A stretch of DNA of 64,000 nucleotides from Octopus sinensis (taxonomy: Eukaryota), in contig NC_043006.1 in assembly GCF_006345805.1 (NCBI RefSeq), forward strand, positions 52,886,001-52,950,000, read 5' to 3'. The stretch's first letter is position 1, and every line of letters starts with the position of its first letter. The notes beneath the pieces are model-generated. The model was not told the origin of the DNA. It saw only the letters and a program-made list of their open reading frames with translations, and did no database searches. Below are positions 14,143 to 26,941 of the stretch, piece by piece. A program made the position numbers and the translations under genes.

Positions 14143-15639
14143 GTATGTATGTATTATGTATGTATGTATGTATGTATGTATATATGTATATATATATATA
14201 TACATACATACATGTGTATATGTATATATAGGCACATGTATATATATGTATATATATGTATATATACATACACATATATATATATACATGTATGTATATG
14301 TGTACATATATACACATATAAACGCACACGTGTATGTCTATGTATGTATGCATTATAAAAGAAATGTAAAATTATGAAGAAATAAAAATTATGAGGAAAT
14401 AAAATTCTATCGAGAATTGCATTAAACAGAAATACAATTTTTAAGAACCAAAAATTCCACTGCGAACTATTAACCTTCAGAAATAAATATACTTTCTGCA
14501 GTAGAAATTATGTGAATTTCCTTTATTTGTAATATCCATTCTGTAATATTTCAAGGAATTTCAGATATAATAGTTCCAAGTGACTGGGCAGTTATTTTGT
14601 ATAAAGTTAAAATTTATTTCATTTCCTAAACGTAGTCACAAAATCACGAAAGGTTATGAGTTAATCGACTGCAGTTTACTACTGGTGCTTATTTTATTGA
14701 CTCCATATGAAGGAGAGGTGAAGGCCAACTTTTATAGGGTTTTAAATAAAAAAAATATAGGGAAAAATTAAAATAATATTCGGTTCTCTATAGTGTGCAG
14801 CTAACGTGTTGTAGCTAACGTGATGCACAATCAACTATTTATATTAATACATTTGTCTTGGCACAATATTAATTGTTGTAGGGGAGGTGGTATGGTCGAT
14901 TTATTGGACCTCAATATATAACAGGCATTCATTTTACTGAAATCAGTTAGGTGAAACATAGAGGTTCTCTCTCATAGAATTTTAACCCAGGACGTGGAAG
15001 AACGAACATATTGAAAGAAATTTAGTCTAAAATTTTTACCCACAAGCTGAATCATTTAATGATTTCAACCTTGTTTGATAATTTAGATATGATGCAATTT
15101 TTGATTACATCCCTTTCCGTTCTGAGCTTAGATTCCATTAACGTTGATTTTGCCTTTTATGGCAAAGGTGGGGATAAATCGAATACTAGTAACATACTGT
15201 TTATTTGACTCAATTAATTACACACCTAAGTCATAAATCTGTTACCTTATGTCAAATATAGATATGATTTTGTCTAAAGAACAGGTCAGTGCCCATATAC
15301 TTTGTACCACTTCACACAATAGTAACAGACTAGACAGTATCTACAGGGAATATAGGAGCAGGTCGTGTTTGCAACTTGGCAGACGGAAACTATGCTGAAG
15401 GATAGTTGGGAGACCATTCATGATTTTGGCTGGCATTCTTAAATGAGTCTTAGGAGCCTTTCGTGATGTCCACTCTATTGTAAGATTTGGAGTTAGTGCG
15501 AAACTAATTTTTTCGCTCCCTCTCACCAGTCGGAGATACTCTGTAAAGAGTCACGGGTGCTACCCTTGTTCTTCTAACTATGCAATAAAAAGCATTGAGC
15601 AGGGGTAGTTTCAGGATCAAGAGTTTATGAGAAGTTAGT

Positions 15640-16200
15640 TAGTTAGTTAGTTAGTTAATTTGGCTCAAAAGCAAATAGCAAGGCCATGTAGGGGGACATG
15701 GAGTTAAGTACAGGGTGGTGTTCATGTAAAGAGTTCAGGCCACTTGAGGTCCAGGGAGGCTTTGAACAAAGCGGTCGTCGGCATCTTTACCATCTCGTCT
15801 GGCAAAGATGCCGACGAAGGGAGGAAAGAGAACTGTTTTGGGAACTAAAGCAAAACGAGAATACGAGAGGTGTACACATAATACCGTAAAAGTTTCTTAC
15901 GCCAAAACTACAAGGAATTAAGGAACCGTTTCAGTAGCAGTAAAAGATATGGATGAGGGAAGTAACCCATATTTTATAAGGACTGGCCGGGATATGGGAT
16001 AAGTACTCTAAAGTAGGCGTCTGGCGTGTATTGTAAAGAACCAACAACTATTAAGAGATGAAGTGATTTCTGAACTGTGAAGAGAAGTCAAGCTTTGAAA
16101 AGTGGCTTTGGTAATATCATAGATGTGGTCACGGTGGGAGATCATCTGGGATTGTGAGACGGAGTACTTATAAAGTATAAGATTTTTCCATGAGTATTAG
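15640..16200 (-). mobile_element. Decayed CR1-like LINE 3' fragment with (TAAC)n tail
   Basis: Minus-strand LPDEMVKMPTTALFKASLDLKWPELFT* resembles the CR1 C-terminal WNxLP..FKxxLD motif; the tail appears as (GTTA)n on plus at ~15634-15657. Confidence 0.65.
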
Positions 16201-16499
16201 TCATGATTAGTAATGATATAATGTGGTGGGTGTGTTTCCTTGGTACATATATTAATTGTGCTGCGGTTGTATTGAATGTTGTTTTTCAATTTTATGTTTT
16301 TGATGCCTTTCAGAAACACCCTAACACCACGATGGCAGCTCGAATCAATGTAGCCAATCTATCTGCCTGACGTAGCAACCAATTATCCGTATGTACACGC
16401 ATAGATATATGCTTGCGTCAACCAATTCAGGTAAACAAAAACTTCAAGTGTTCTAGAATAAACCAAACAGCCTTGCCAATTTGTTTGTGACCACTCTTT

Positions 16500-16711
16500 T
16501 ACTTGATTCAGTCATTTCATTGCGGCCATGCTGGAGCACCACCTTTATTCGAGCAAATCGACCCCAGGACTTTGGATGCCTAGTACTTATTCTATCAGTC
16601 TCTTTTGCCGAATCGCTAAGTTACGAGGACGTCAACACACCAGCATCGGTTGTCAAGTGATGTTGGGGGGACAAACACAGACACACAAACATATACACAC
16701 ACACACATACA

Positions 16712-16774
<63 letters not shown>

Positions 16775-16945
16775 CATATATACGATGGGCTTGTTTCTGT
16801 TTCCGTCTACCAAATCCACTTACAAGGCTTTAGTCGGCCCGAGGCTATAGTAGAAGACACTTGCCGAAGGTGCCACGCAGTGGGACTGAACCCAGAACCA
16901 TGTGGTTGGTAAGCAAGCTACTTGCCATACAGCCACTCCTACCAC
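16500..16945 (-). mobile_element. SINE family A
   Basis: Reverse complement of the family A sequence. Confidence 0.85.
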
Positions 16946-17029
16946 TCTAAAACTTTACCTAAGAAAAGCCTTAAAATAATCCCAAAGAAACAAACATAGA
17001 TACATACATACATAAAAATAAATATGCCC

Positions 17030-17652
17030 TTTTAAAGCCTAGCAAGGCTCACGGGCCCGGTTTCCCGGTTTCAATGGCGTATGTGTTCCCCAGCTGGACG
17101 GGACGCCAGTCCATCGCAGCGTTACTCATTTTTTGCCAGCTGAGTGGACTGGAGCAACGTGAAATGAAGTGTTTTGCTCAAGAACACAACGCGTCGCTCG
17201 GTCCAAGAATCGAAACCACAATCTTACGATCATGATGCTGACACCCTAACCACTAAGCCACGCGCCTCTACACATACATACATACATACATACATACATA
17301 CATACATGTGTATTACTACTACTACTACTACTGGCACTCCGTCGTTTACGACGACGAGGGTTCCAGTTGATCCGATCAACGGAACAAACTGCTCGGAAAA
17401 TCAACGTGCAAGTGGCTGAAGACTCCACAGACACGCGTACGCTTAACATAGGTCCCAAAGAGATTCAGCGAAACACATAATATGACAAGGTTGACCTTTC
17501 AATCACATATACTACTCATTTCTGACAGTTGAGTGAACTAAAGCATCGTGAAATAAAGTGTCTTGCTCAAGGACACAACGAACCTCTGAGAATCGAACTC
17601 GTGACCTTACGATCGTGAGCCGAATACCCCTAACCACTAAGCCTCGCGCCTT
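17030..17652 (-). mobile_element. Two adjacent family C SINEs with different 3' tails
   Basis: 17030-17270 ends gaaaccgggcccgtgagccttgctaggctttaaaagggc; 17333-17652 ends gacggagtgcc(TAG)n. Confidence 0.75.
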
Positions 17653-18091
17653 CACGTGCACACATATATGTACATACAGATCCTATGTCGATTTCTACCA
17701 CCACTGTTCCAGTTGTTTGATAAACTGAAGCCACAATAATTGAATCTCTGTACAAGTGGTTGAGTATTCTTCAAAAGCGTGTACTCTTTGTGTAAACCTT
17801 ACACAAAATCAGAAAGATACAGCGTGTGACGAGGCTCTCCCTTGGAGAGACATGTACAATCTATCGGTCGCGATACTTTATTTTAATCTCACAAAGATTA
17901 GGCTGACATAGAGGGATGGGAAAAGAAACTTGCCGAAGATTCCACACAGTGATAGTAAACCTGAAACTACATGTTTGCAAAGCGAGGCTCTTACCCGTTC
18001 AGCCTGGCTTATGTCTGTGAGTGTGTGTATGTGCGTGAGTGTTTGTACAACACACATGTATATATATATATATTATATATATATATATAAT

Positions 18092-18144
<53 letters not shown>

Positions 18145-18871
18145 GGAGAATCCACACAAAAAAAACAAAAGACGACGACAGGTGGTGTAGACAACTCTGG
18201 GGAAATGAAAAAGTCTTAAACGTTTTGAGCCTACGCTCTTCCACAGAAAGGAGCACAGAAAGAAACAGGGAGAGAAAATAAAGAATGTGTAGTGGCTAGA
18301 GATCTATCATGGCGAATGCCGGACAAAAGGGTCACACAGGAGAGCTAGGAAGAAGGGAAAATAATAAAGTAGTGGTGATCCCAAAACGAATGTGCGTGTG
18401 TGTGTGTATAAGAGAGCATGTATGTGCGTGTGGAAGACGGCTGGTGATCTTGATGTGTGCGTGTATGCATGTGTAGGTGTGTGGATGATGGTGTGGGTGC
18501 GGGGAAGTGGTCAGTGCTAGTGTGTGCGTGGTAGTGTGATGTGATGTGGTGTGGTGTGTTATGGTGGTTTGTGGTGTGGTGGTGTGTGGTGGTGTGTTGT
18601 GTGGTGTGGTGGTGTTGGGATGTGGGGGAGGTGAGAGTGGGGAAAGCAGGGATGGGGTCTGGGTTAGGCTGAGGGTGGGGTAGAGGTGGAGTGGGTGTAA
18701 GGTTTGGGTGGGGTGGGGTGGGATGGATAGGGAAAGTGGGGTTGGATTGTGTAGGGGTGGGGTTACGAGGGAGAGGTGACGATGAAGGAAGAGTGGAAGG
18801 GAGAAGGTGGGTGGGAGTGAAAAGAAGAGAGGAGGGTAGGAGTGAAGAGAAGAAAGAGTGAGAGCAAGATT

Positions 18872-18951
<80 letters not shown>

Positions 18952-19127
18952 TATAGATAGATAGATAGATAGACAGATAGATTTATATATAGATATGTAA
19001 ATGTATATGTGTGTGTGTATATGTTTACACACACACATAACACAGACACGCGCTTACATATACATATATATATCACCAGACAAAAGATGGACTGTTTTTA
19101 CTACAATTTTTACTAATATTTGATAAT

Positions 19128-19324
19128 ACTTGTTTCAGTCATTTGACTGCGGCCATGCTGGAGCACCGCCTTTAGTCGAGCAAATCGACCCCAGTACTTA
19201 TTCTTTGGAAGCCTAGTACTTATTCTATCGGTCCCTTTTGCCGAACCGCTAAGTTATGGTGACGCAAACACAGCAGCATCGGTTGTCAACCGATGTTGGG
19301 GGACAAACACAGACACACGCACAC

Positions 19325-19418
<94 letters not shown>

Positions 19419-19590
19419 GAACGGCGGTGCATCAGCACGGCCGCAGCTCTGAGCTGAAACAAGCAAAAAGAAAAAAAATATATATATATATACATATATA
19501 CGACGGGCTTCTTTCAGTTTCCGTCTACCAAATCCTCTCACAAGGCTTTGGTCGGCCCGAGGTTATAGTAGAAGGCACTTGCCGAAGGTA
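19128..19590 (-). mobile_element. SINE family A (5'-truncated), with a short LINE-tail copy in its microsatellite at 19424-19461
   Basis: Family A tail and body; insert cggcggtgcatcagcacggccgcagctctgagctgaaac. Confidence 0.8.
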
Positions 19591-19759
19591 CTACTATATA
19601 TATATAGTTGTACCTTGGTTTTCGAACAACTCTGAATAAATCTCGTGCTTTGTAAATATATATTTTGGATATATTTGGGGTACTTAATTGTGCTCATGAC
19701 TTAGTGTTTGCTTCTTCCATGGGTATAAGTAGGTATTTCATTTATTTCTTTGCCGCATT

Positions 19760-19818
19760 TATCACTGACGAAGAGAAGGTTCTTATGAATTAACTCTGAA
19801 ATCGGGTCCGATATGATA
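19760..19818 (+). ncRNA. Type-I minimal hammerhead ribozyme, intact core (PLE/retrozyme type)
   Basis: Stem I TATCA(19760-64)/TGATA(19814-18); CTGACGA 19765-71; stem II AGAG/CTCT; GAAA 19798-801; stem III A-TCGG-gt-CCGA-T; predicted cleavage after AUA at 19813. Confidence 0.8.
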
Positions 19819-19959
19819 GTAACGGAAATTTTTTAGAAATTTCTGTCGGCTTTCTTCGATACGCGTGCTTATAGTGGTGAATTATATGGTTATGGACGAT
19901 ACGTCTAGTTTCGGCATATTTGGCATTATAACTTTTTTCTTTTGCCCTTGTTTATAAGT

Positions 19960-19994
<35 letters not shown>

Positions 19995-20787
19995 CACGAG
20001 GTATTGCTGTATTAAATGAAAATAAGAATGACAGGAGATAAAGCACGATTTATTCGTGATAAGAGGTACTACTGTATACATACACACACACACGTACATA
20101 TATATATATATAATATATATATATATAGCGGGTACATTTATCCTTCTCTCCTCTGTTATTTTCCAAATGACTTCCTTATCATGTTTTCCTTCTTATTCAC
20201 TTTGCACTCTAGCTCAGTGTTGTTCCGTTTTGTTTTATATTCATCGCAAAAAATACTACTGCTTACTGTAATATTATCATCTACATTTCCCGTCTCCTGT
20301 CCTTTCTTTTTGGCTAGTCTTATACGCACATCCGTTTCCTGCTCTAGCATTTTCTTCGTCCCTGACACTAGGGCTCATCTGAATACTTTTTTTTCAGTTT
20401 CCGTGCCACATTTTCACTGCGTACCTTGCCTTACAGCTGTATTCAATGGATGTTGACTCCTCTAAAGAACGTATAAGGAACGTAGTTCTATCCATGGCGT
20501 CAAAATCGTTATAATCCTTAGTGAGAAAGCTGACGAGCATTTAATTTTCAGCTATTTTCTTAATTCGTAAAGTTTATCATGTTTATGTCTATTCTTGATA
20601 TACGAACGAGCCCGGTAGGTGTAAAGGACTAACTGACATCTCTTGTCAAGAGTACAGACGACAGTCAGATCACTGATGTTTGTTGTGCTCTCCGCTTTCA
20701 TTATTTAATTGCTGTTGTTCTGTGCACTTTTGAATAAAGATCAGTTTTGTTTTGCATGGTTGTCTTATTTTTACTCTTAACTTAGAA

Positions 20788-21075
20788 ATGGAGAAAGACA
20801 TAGTGCTAGATAAAAAAGAAATAAGCCATTTGGGGCTAGAAATGTTGCAGAAAAACAAAATTTTTCAAGCAGGTGGGCCTGCTCCCTCATTGAAAATTAA
20901 AGTTGGAATTCGAACATTCCAGGTAAAATAGTATGAACAGATTGAGTGGCTTTGCATTAAAGTAGCGTCACAGAGAAACTCTACTGCTGGCCATGTTTGT
21001 TGTTTCAACCAAAAGCTAATCAGTCGTGGACAGGTGGAGGCTATAATAATTATAAAAACATCCTGAGTGACTCGT
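20788..21075 (+). mobile_element. Decayed hAT transposase N-terminal TTF-type zinc finger, cut by the mariner at 21083
   Basis: RTFQVK*YEQIEWL..LYCWPCLLF..SWTGGGYNNYKN with one frameshift. Confidence 0.6.
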
Positions 21076-21082
21076 GTTCAAC

Positions 21083-21622
21083 ACTCAGCAGGCAACGTGG
21101 TGCTCAGTCTTTTGGAACCAGCGTAGAGTAGTGACGATGGATTTTCTGGCAAAGGGCGCCACAATTATGCTTCTCTGCTTCAGACATTGCAGGATGCCAT
21201 CAAAGCAGAGAGGCGTGGCATGCTGACCAAAGGAGTCCGCCTCCACCAAGACAACGCCCCAGTTCACAACGCACATGTTGCCCAGATGTAAGTACACTCC
21301 TGCGACTATGAAACCATTCCTCATCCCCTTTACTCTCCCGACCTCACACCATCTAACTTCCGCCTCTTTCCAACCATGAAGTCGTTTTTGAAGGGGAAGC
21401 ACTTTTCGGATGATGATGATCTTATTTCCGAGGTAAAATCTTGGCTCCAGACGCAACCTACCAACTTCTACGGACGAGGCCTTCACAGCTGCATAAAAAG
21501 ATGGGAGAAAAGTGTCACCATTGGTGGTGGCTATGTAGAGAAAGACTGATAATTATGCCAGGTTTCGCTTATCCCAGTCCTTGGAAAGTGGATCAGAAGA
21601 AATCTTTAATGAACGCCCCTCG
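21083..21622 (+). mobile_element. Mariner (irritans-like) 3' fragment with right TIR
   Basis: HQDNAPVH, HPLYSPDLTPS, KRWEKSVTIGGGYVEKD*; ends aatgaacgcccctcg|TA. Confidence 0.82.
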
Positions 21623-21663
21623 TATATACATACACATCTACCTACCTACATACTTACATAAGG

Positions 21664-21987
21664 AGCACTCCGTCGGTTGCGACGATGAGGGTCCCAGCTG
21701 ATACTATCAACGGAACAGCTTGCTCGTGAAATTAACGTGTAAGTGAATGAGCACTCCACAAACACGTGTAACCTTAACGTAGTTCTCGGGGAGATTCAGC
21801 GTGACACAGTGTATGACAAGGCCAGCCCTTTCAAATACAAGTACTACTCATTTTTGCCAGCTGAGGGGACTGGAGCAACGTGAAATAAAGTGTCTTGCTC
21901 AAGGACACAACGCGCCGCAGGGAATTGAACTCACAATCTTACGATCATGAGCCGAATGCCCCTAACCACTAAGCCACGCGCCTTCAC
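21664..21987 (-). mobile_element. SINE family C
   Basis: Matches 2700-3021. Confidence 0.75.
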
Positions 21988-21993
21988 ACATAC

Positions 21994-22024
<31 letters not shown>

Positions 22025-22259
22025 CATACATACATACATACATACATACATACATACATACATACATACATACATACATACATACACACCCACACACACA
22101 CACATACTCGTGTGCGTGTACACAGACTCTCTAATCTAACCAATAATGCTCTAGTGTATTCGTTTTGAATAAGCATTTGCTGTTATTTTATTTAATATAT
22201 GAGATAAAATGTTCTGCCTTATTCGGCACACATTCAACATTTATTTCAACAGGGAAAAT

Positions 22260-25200
22260 GAAATCTTCCCAAAACTGTTGCTTGAATTTTCATCACTTCT
22301 TAGATTCCTTGCCTTAAATGCCTACCGTCTATGATTGCTGTTCTGTAGATCCGATCACGAAAATAACCCTAAAGAAAACAATCTTAGAGAGAAACATCAG
22401 GGCTTCTAGGTGATCAAATTATCGGTCCATTTTTATTCCATTAATGACTTGGAAATTGAGCATTAAGGAAATGCCGTATATTGAGACCCTTGCGTAGATG
22501 AGCACTATCTTGCTGTTGGTTGGAAAGTGCTTGAAAATATTTTTTCTACTTATGTCTGTTACCAAAATATTTTTCAAGAACTCTAAATAGGTAGTCTCTG
22601 TTACAGAGAAAAATAAGGGAAAAGACAGGTTGTGTTGTTTCACCAACACAAACAGCAATTGAAATAAATGATCAAGTGTTTCACGGGAGTTTTCGTAAAT
22701 CAACAACTTAACTTGTTGGTAGTGTCTCCAACAAGAAAGGTAATTTCATCTGAATACTCTCTTGCTAAGATAATCTATGAATTAATGATAAATGAAAACT
22801 TTCCTTGGCCTTAGGGGGTATTTTCATTAATATAGGAGTACTTGTAATAGCTACTCTATATTTTGTATTAGATTGACATTGAATGATTCAACAGTACTAC
22901 TACGGATGACCTTGATGCTTCCATTGCTTATAGAACTTGATGATTGAAAATTGCCAAGATATACACGATCAGCTGTATCACAGTGAGAAGGGTTGTGTAG
23001 AAAACAATTATGTACACTAGCTATAGTATATTTCCAATTTCTTAGCTTTATTTGAAGACCATGATTATTATATTTTGCAGATTAAAATGCTTTGAAGAAT
23101 ACCTACAGAAAGGAGGCAGAGTAGGCAATAAGAAGCTAAAATTCTCGTTTATTTTAGTTCATTGTTGTTGCTTCTCTTACATCTATCCCGTGATAAAGTA
23201 AGTAAAGAATTTACAAAATATAAATACAGCCACACAGCCTTGTCTTACACTCTGTTTTGTCTAAAATGTTTCCTCTTTGAGATAACTAATGGAGATCCGG
23301 GTCAGTATATCAGTATATCTCTGTAGCGCTCTTAAACTTTAGTTGGAGTCAAAGACACAAAGAAATGCGTCATACTTTTTTTTTATTTTATAAGAGTTCA
23401 GTTCGTGAAAATATAAATTTGTGTTTCAAATAAAACTTACCTTCAATTTATTTAATATATGATCAGTAAAAACATAACTTCTTCACATTTTAGAATTAGT
23501 TCACTTGTATGCCAGACACAGCGGTTCGTAGATTAGAAATTTCCATAGTGTTAGTCGACAAGAAACTTTTTTTTTCTGGGATAGCCCAGTAGCCAACAAT
23601 TCTAATTAGGTCAAGTTCTGTAAAAAGTTATAAGCGCTTTGCCAATTTGTCAATGAACACAACACAAACACCAGCTGCGGAAAATGAATTCATGATATGG
23701 ACTGTATAGGTTTCATGGCATTTCATTCAGTCATACATTACGTCAGAGTTCCTGTGTTTGTTTTAGCACGTCATCTATCTGAACCTTGCTCCTCAAATTT
23801 GTTCTAATGAAAAATACGTAATAAGTTTTACAAAGTAACTACTATGGTTTTGCATTTTCCCGGTCAAACAGCTTGTATGTAATCTGAATTGGATAATTGT
23901 CTTACACTCTGATGTGAAACATATCTAAAAAAGAGATAGAATTTCTGATGTGAATAGGATAGAACTTTAAAGAATTTTCTTGATAATAGTTTTGGTAATC
24001 AGCTAATGGATGGTACCAACTTCAGACAGGAAAGTTTTCCTGAGTAGAAAGTCTGTTCTACTAAAACATTTTATCGCTACTTCTCTAATAACAAATAGGA
24101 AGAGATATTAATCTGCAGTACTATCTAGAATAACTAGATTACTCTAGTTTCTCTAAATTAAAATATGTTGCCATCTTAGTAAGTCAGCAGAAGAAACTCC
24201 TAAAGCAATTAAGTTATCCTGTAAGAATCAATTAATAAATAAGTCAACCTTTGAAAATGTCACTGTATATTGGATATTTTTTTTATCTAAGAAAATACTG
24301 GATCAATTTCTTTGATTACATTTTCATGGAGCTAAGAAATGTTCAGCCTGATTCAATTTCTTGTGGAATAAATAAGTTGTGATTAAATAAGCAATATTTT
24401 TTGTAGCCGGGTTGTGGAGGAGATAGATAATATTTTGACTCCACTGGGACTTGGTGAAACCCGAAAAATCTATTGGTTAAAATGAGATTTAACGGACCTA
24501 CAAAATTCGTAATCTGAGTAATATTTATGGAGTTGTAAATACATCAATCTAAGACTCGATGGGACTAACGAACCCGCTGATCTCAAGTGAATCTCACTGG
24601 TTCCATGAAAACTAGTCAGATGTTAGTGCCAAATATATGACTAATGAACTTGTATTAATAACCAGCATACACGACTTTTTTAAAAGAGCTAGTAACATCA
24701 ACCATCCAACAATTTTATTCATTAACTTGAAACTTATATTCCTTTCTTTTAACCATTCCTCACATTAGTCATCGGTCTTAAACTCATTATACCTTAATCT
24801 TTTATACCATCATGACTTTGTCGTCTGATATTTCTATCTTCAAGCGCTTATCATATTCTATAAGGAGTTAGTTCATTTCTATTGGTTTTCATCCACGTTG
24901 CCATACTTTTTTCTGTTATTTCCATTAACTATTCTGAGGTCTAAATATTCATATTTATTATACACTGCATCATGCTTTTACTCTATAAAGATATCCAAAA
25001 TGTTGATTCCAATTATATAATTCTAAACACAAACTTCCATAAGAAATATATATTTTCCCCAAACACCCTCGACTGAAAGAAAATGGAATATTAAAACGAC
25101 AGCTTCAACCAATAAACTCAATGTTAAATCAATATCTTCCATGGTAGCCTCTACAACTTGTAACTGCTATTGAATACGATATATTCCAGACTAGATCTAT

Positions 25201-25650
25201 TCTCAGTAATTCAACCCTATGTTAGTTAATACCCACATGTAGTGAAAGACTTCATTGTTAATAAAAAGTCATGCTGAAATTAATTTGTTTCGTTTTGTTT
25301 TTGTTGTTTATTTTTCTTAGGACATAGAAAAGATTCTCGAAATAATTCACATTTCTAATAATAACAAATAGTAGAGAGGCTGTTGATATCATGCCGGGTC
25401 CTACAAACAGTGACACAGAACATTCTTACCAATGTCACATGGAACCCTTGTAATGTAGCAATTTGGAGTATATCCTACAGCCCCGCAATTTAATTATTTT
25501 TATGGCGACTGCATTTGCTCGGTTTAACATGTATATAAAATCTGACAAGTATTACATTGATTTTTTTCCTAGATATCTTATCTGTCTGATATTTTTAACC
25601 AATTTCTGCCCACAGCCTTCGCATCTGGAACAGATTATACACAATTTACT
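22260..25650 (-). mobile_element. Heavily decayed LTR-retroelement gag-pol (zinc knuckle, protease, RT, RNase H, integrase; Ty3/gypsy order)
   Basis: Manual minus-strand translation: *LNCGAVGYTPNC (25458-25496); VLTNIG (DTG-like, 25215-25232) then YIIGINIL; GFHQVPV (24442-24462), IPQEIES, IYSDIF (24253-24270); GVCVVF..RIVGYW..STNTMEI, YVFTDH (23459-23476); H..H region ~22960-23010; KNIFKHF..IV in ORF 22419-22706. Confidence 0.62.
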
Positions 25651-26642
25651 GAAACTTGTAAAATAATACATTTATTTTAATTTTACTTCAACCAAAAGCA
25701 CTCAAAGAAATAAAACGAAGTCAACGTGAATTGTGACGGAAAATAAATAAAATTTAGAGTTATAAAAACGAAACAATGGTAAACATTTTGTAGTTTTTAC
25801 TAAAAGCTATTGGTGAAAATTGAAACAAAATGTAAAGCAATATCAGATTGAAAGATATCAAAGAAAGTATATTATCCGGAATATTAATTTTTAAAATGGC
25901 CTGTTCATATTGAAGTAATTATTTCTGATCTGTTACTTTAACAAACACAAAAATGACTTCTCTTCGTCTATTCAAAGATGGTTCTTGTAGGATTTTTTAT
26001 TAAGAGAATCCAACTATAAATTAATTTGTTAAAAGCCTGTATTAATTGATTACGAAAATCTATATATATAAAACTCAACTTGTGTGTCTGTGTGTTTAAC
26101 TTCCCGGCACATCTCCTCCTAGCAAACAAATCGTAGAACCACCAAAAATGGGTCACTTAAAGTTTAGGCGAATGAAAATTGAACTGCGCTACTTCTGTTC
26201 CGAAATTCATCTCGCAAGTGCAAAAATCGATAATGCGTTTGTTTAGGCCTTATCCCAAGCATTGAATAGTGAACTTTACTCAGTCAGCTGTTTGACGTGA
26301 ACTGTGTTCACCACGCGTGCAAGCATGCGTAAATTGCATGAAAAAAAAAATCAAGATATAAAAACGAATCGCCGTAAACATTGTAGAAATTCGGCAAAGA
26401 AATGAATTTTCGGAATGTAACCTGGAGGGTTTTTTCGTATTAATCGTTTGGACTTTGTGAACACATACCAATTGGGCCGACTGTACACAGCTACCAGCCC
26501 ACAGTCGACGCTATGGCGTTGGTGTCACGGGTCGGGTCAGGTCGTGTCGGGTCGGGTCAGGAGAATTTCCATTATATATTGAGAATTTCCATTATATATA
26601 GAGAAATATAAATATTGTATTATGCATAAAGTGTTGGCTTAC

Positions 26643-26790
26643 ATTCGAGGCTTCCAATTTCTCTGTAAAATATAAGATAGTCGCAACATCATCGCACATG
26701 TCACCATCGATTACAAACACCGGTGGAAGATAAAAGTTCCAGAGGACATTCTTGTTCTTTCGTTTGTACAAGGATCTTATTATGTTTCGG
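26643..26790 (-). CDS. Candidate internal coding exon of an unidentified host gene
   Basis: tttattttaag| acceptor and |gtaagc donor; single open frame RNIIRSLYKRKNKNVLWNFYLPPVFVIDGDMCDDVATILYFTEKLEASN. Confidence 0.35.
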
Positions 26791-26941
26791 CTTAAAATAA
26801 AGTATAGATACAAATATAATGTATAGAAATATATAAAAACCAGAATAGAAAATAAACGTCTTAGACATATAAAATGAGATAACTTGAGATATCAAGGTGT
26901 TATAAACTTGAAACCTACTAAAATATCATAGATTATATATA

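Noticed and set aside
18205-18250. Minus-strand ctgtggaagagcgtaggctcaaaacg, hammerhead-like
   Set aside because: Stem II is plausible, but both core strands deviate (CTGTGGA, AAAA) and no stem I or III could be formed.
25430-25474. 45-nt AG..GT window that looks like an exon
   Set aside because: It has no polypyrimidine tract and is better explained as the gag zinc knuckle of the decayed retroelement.
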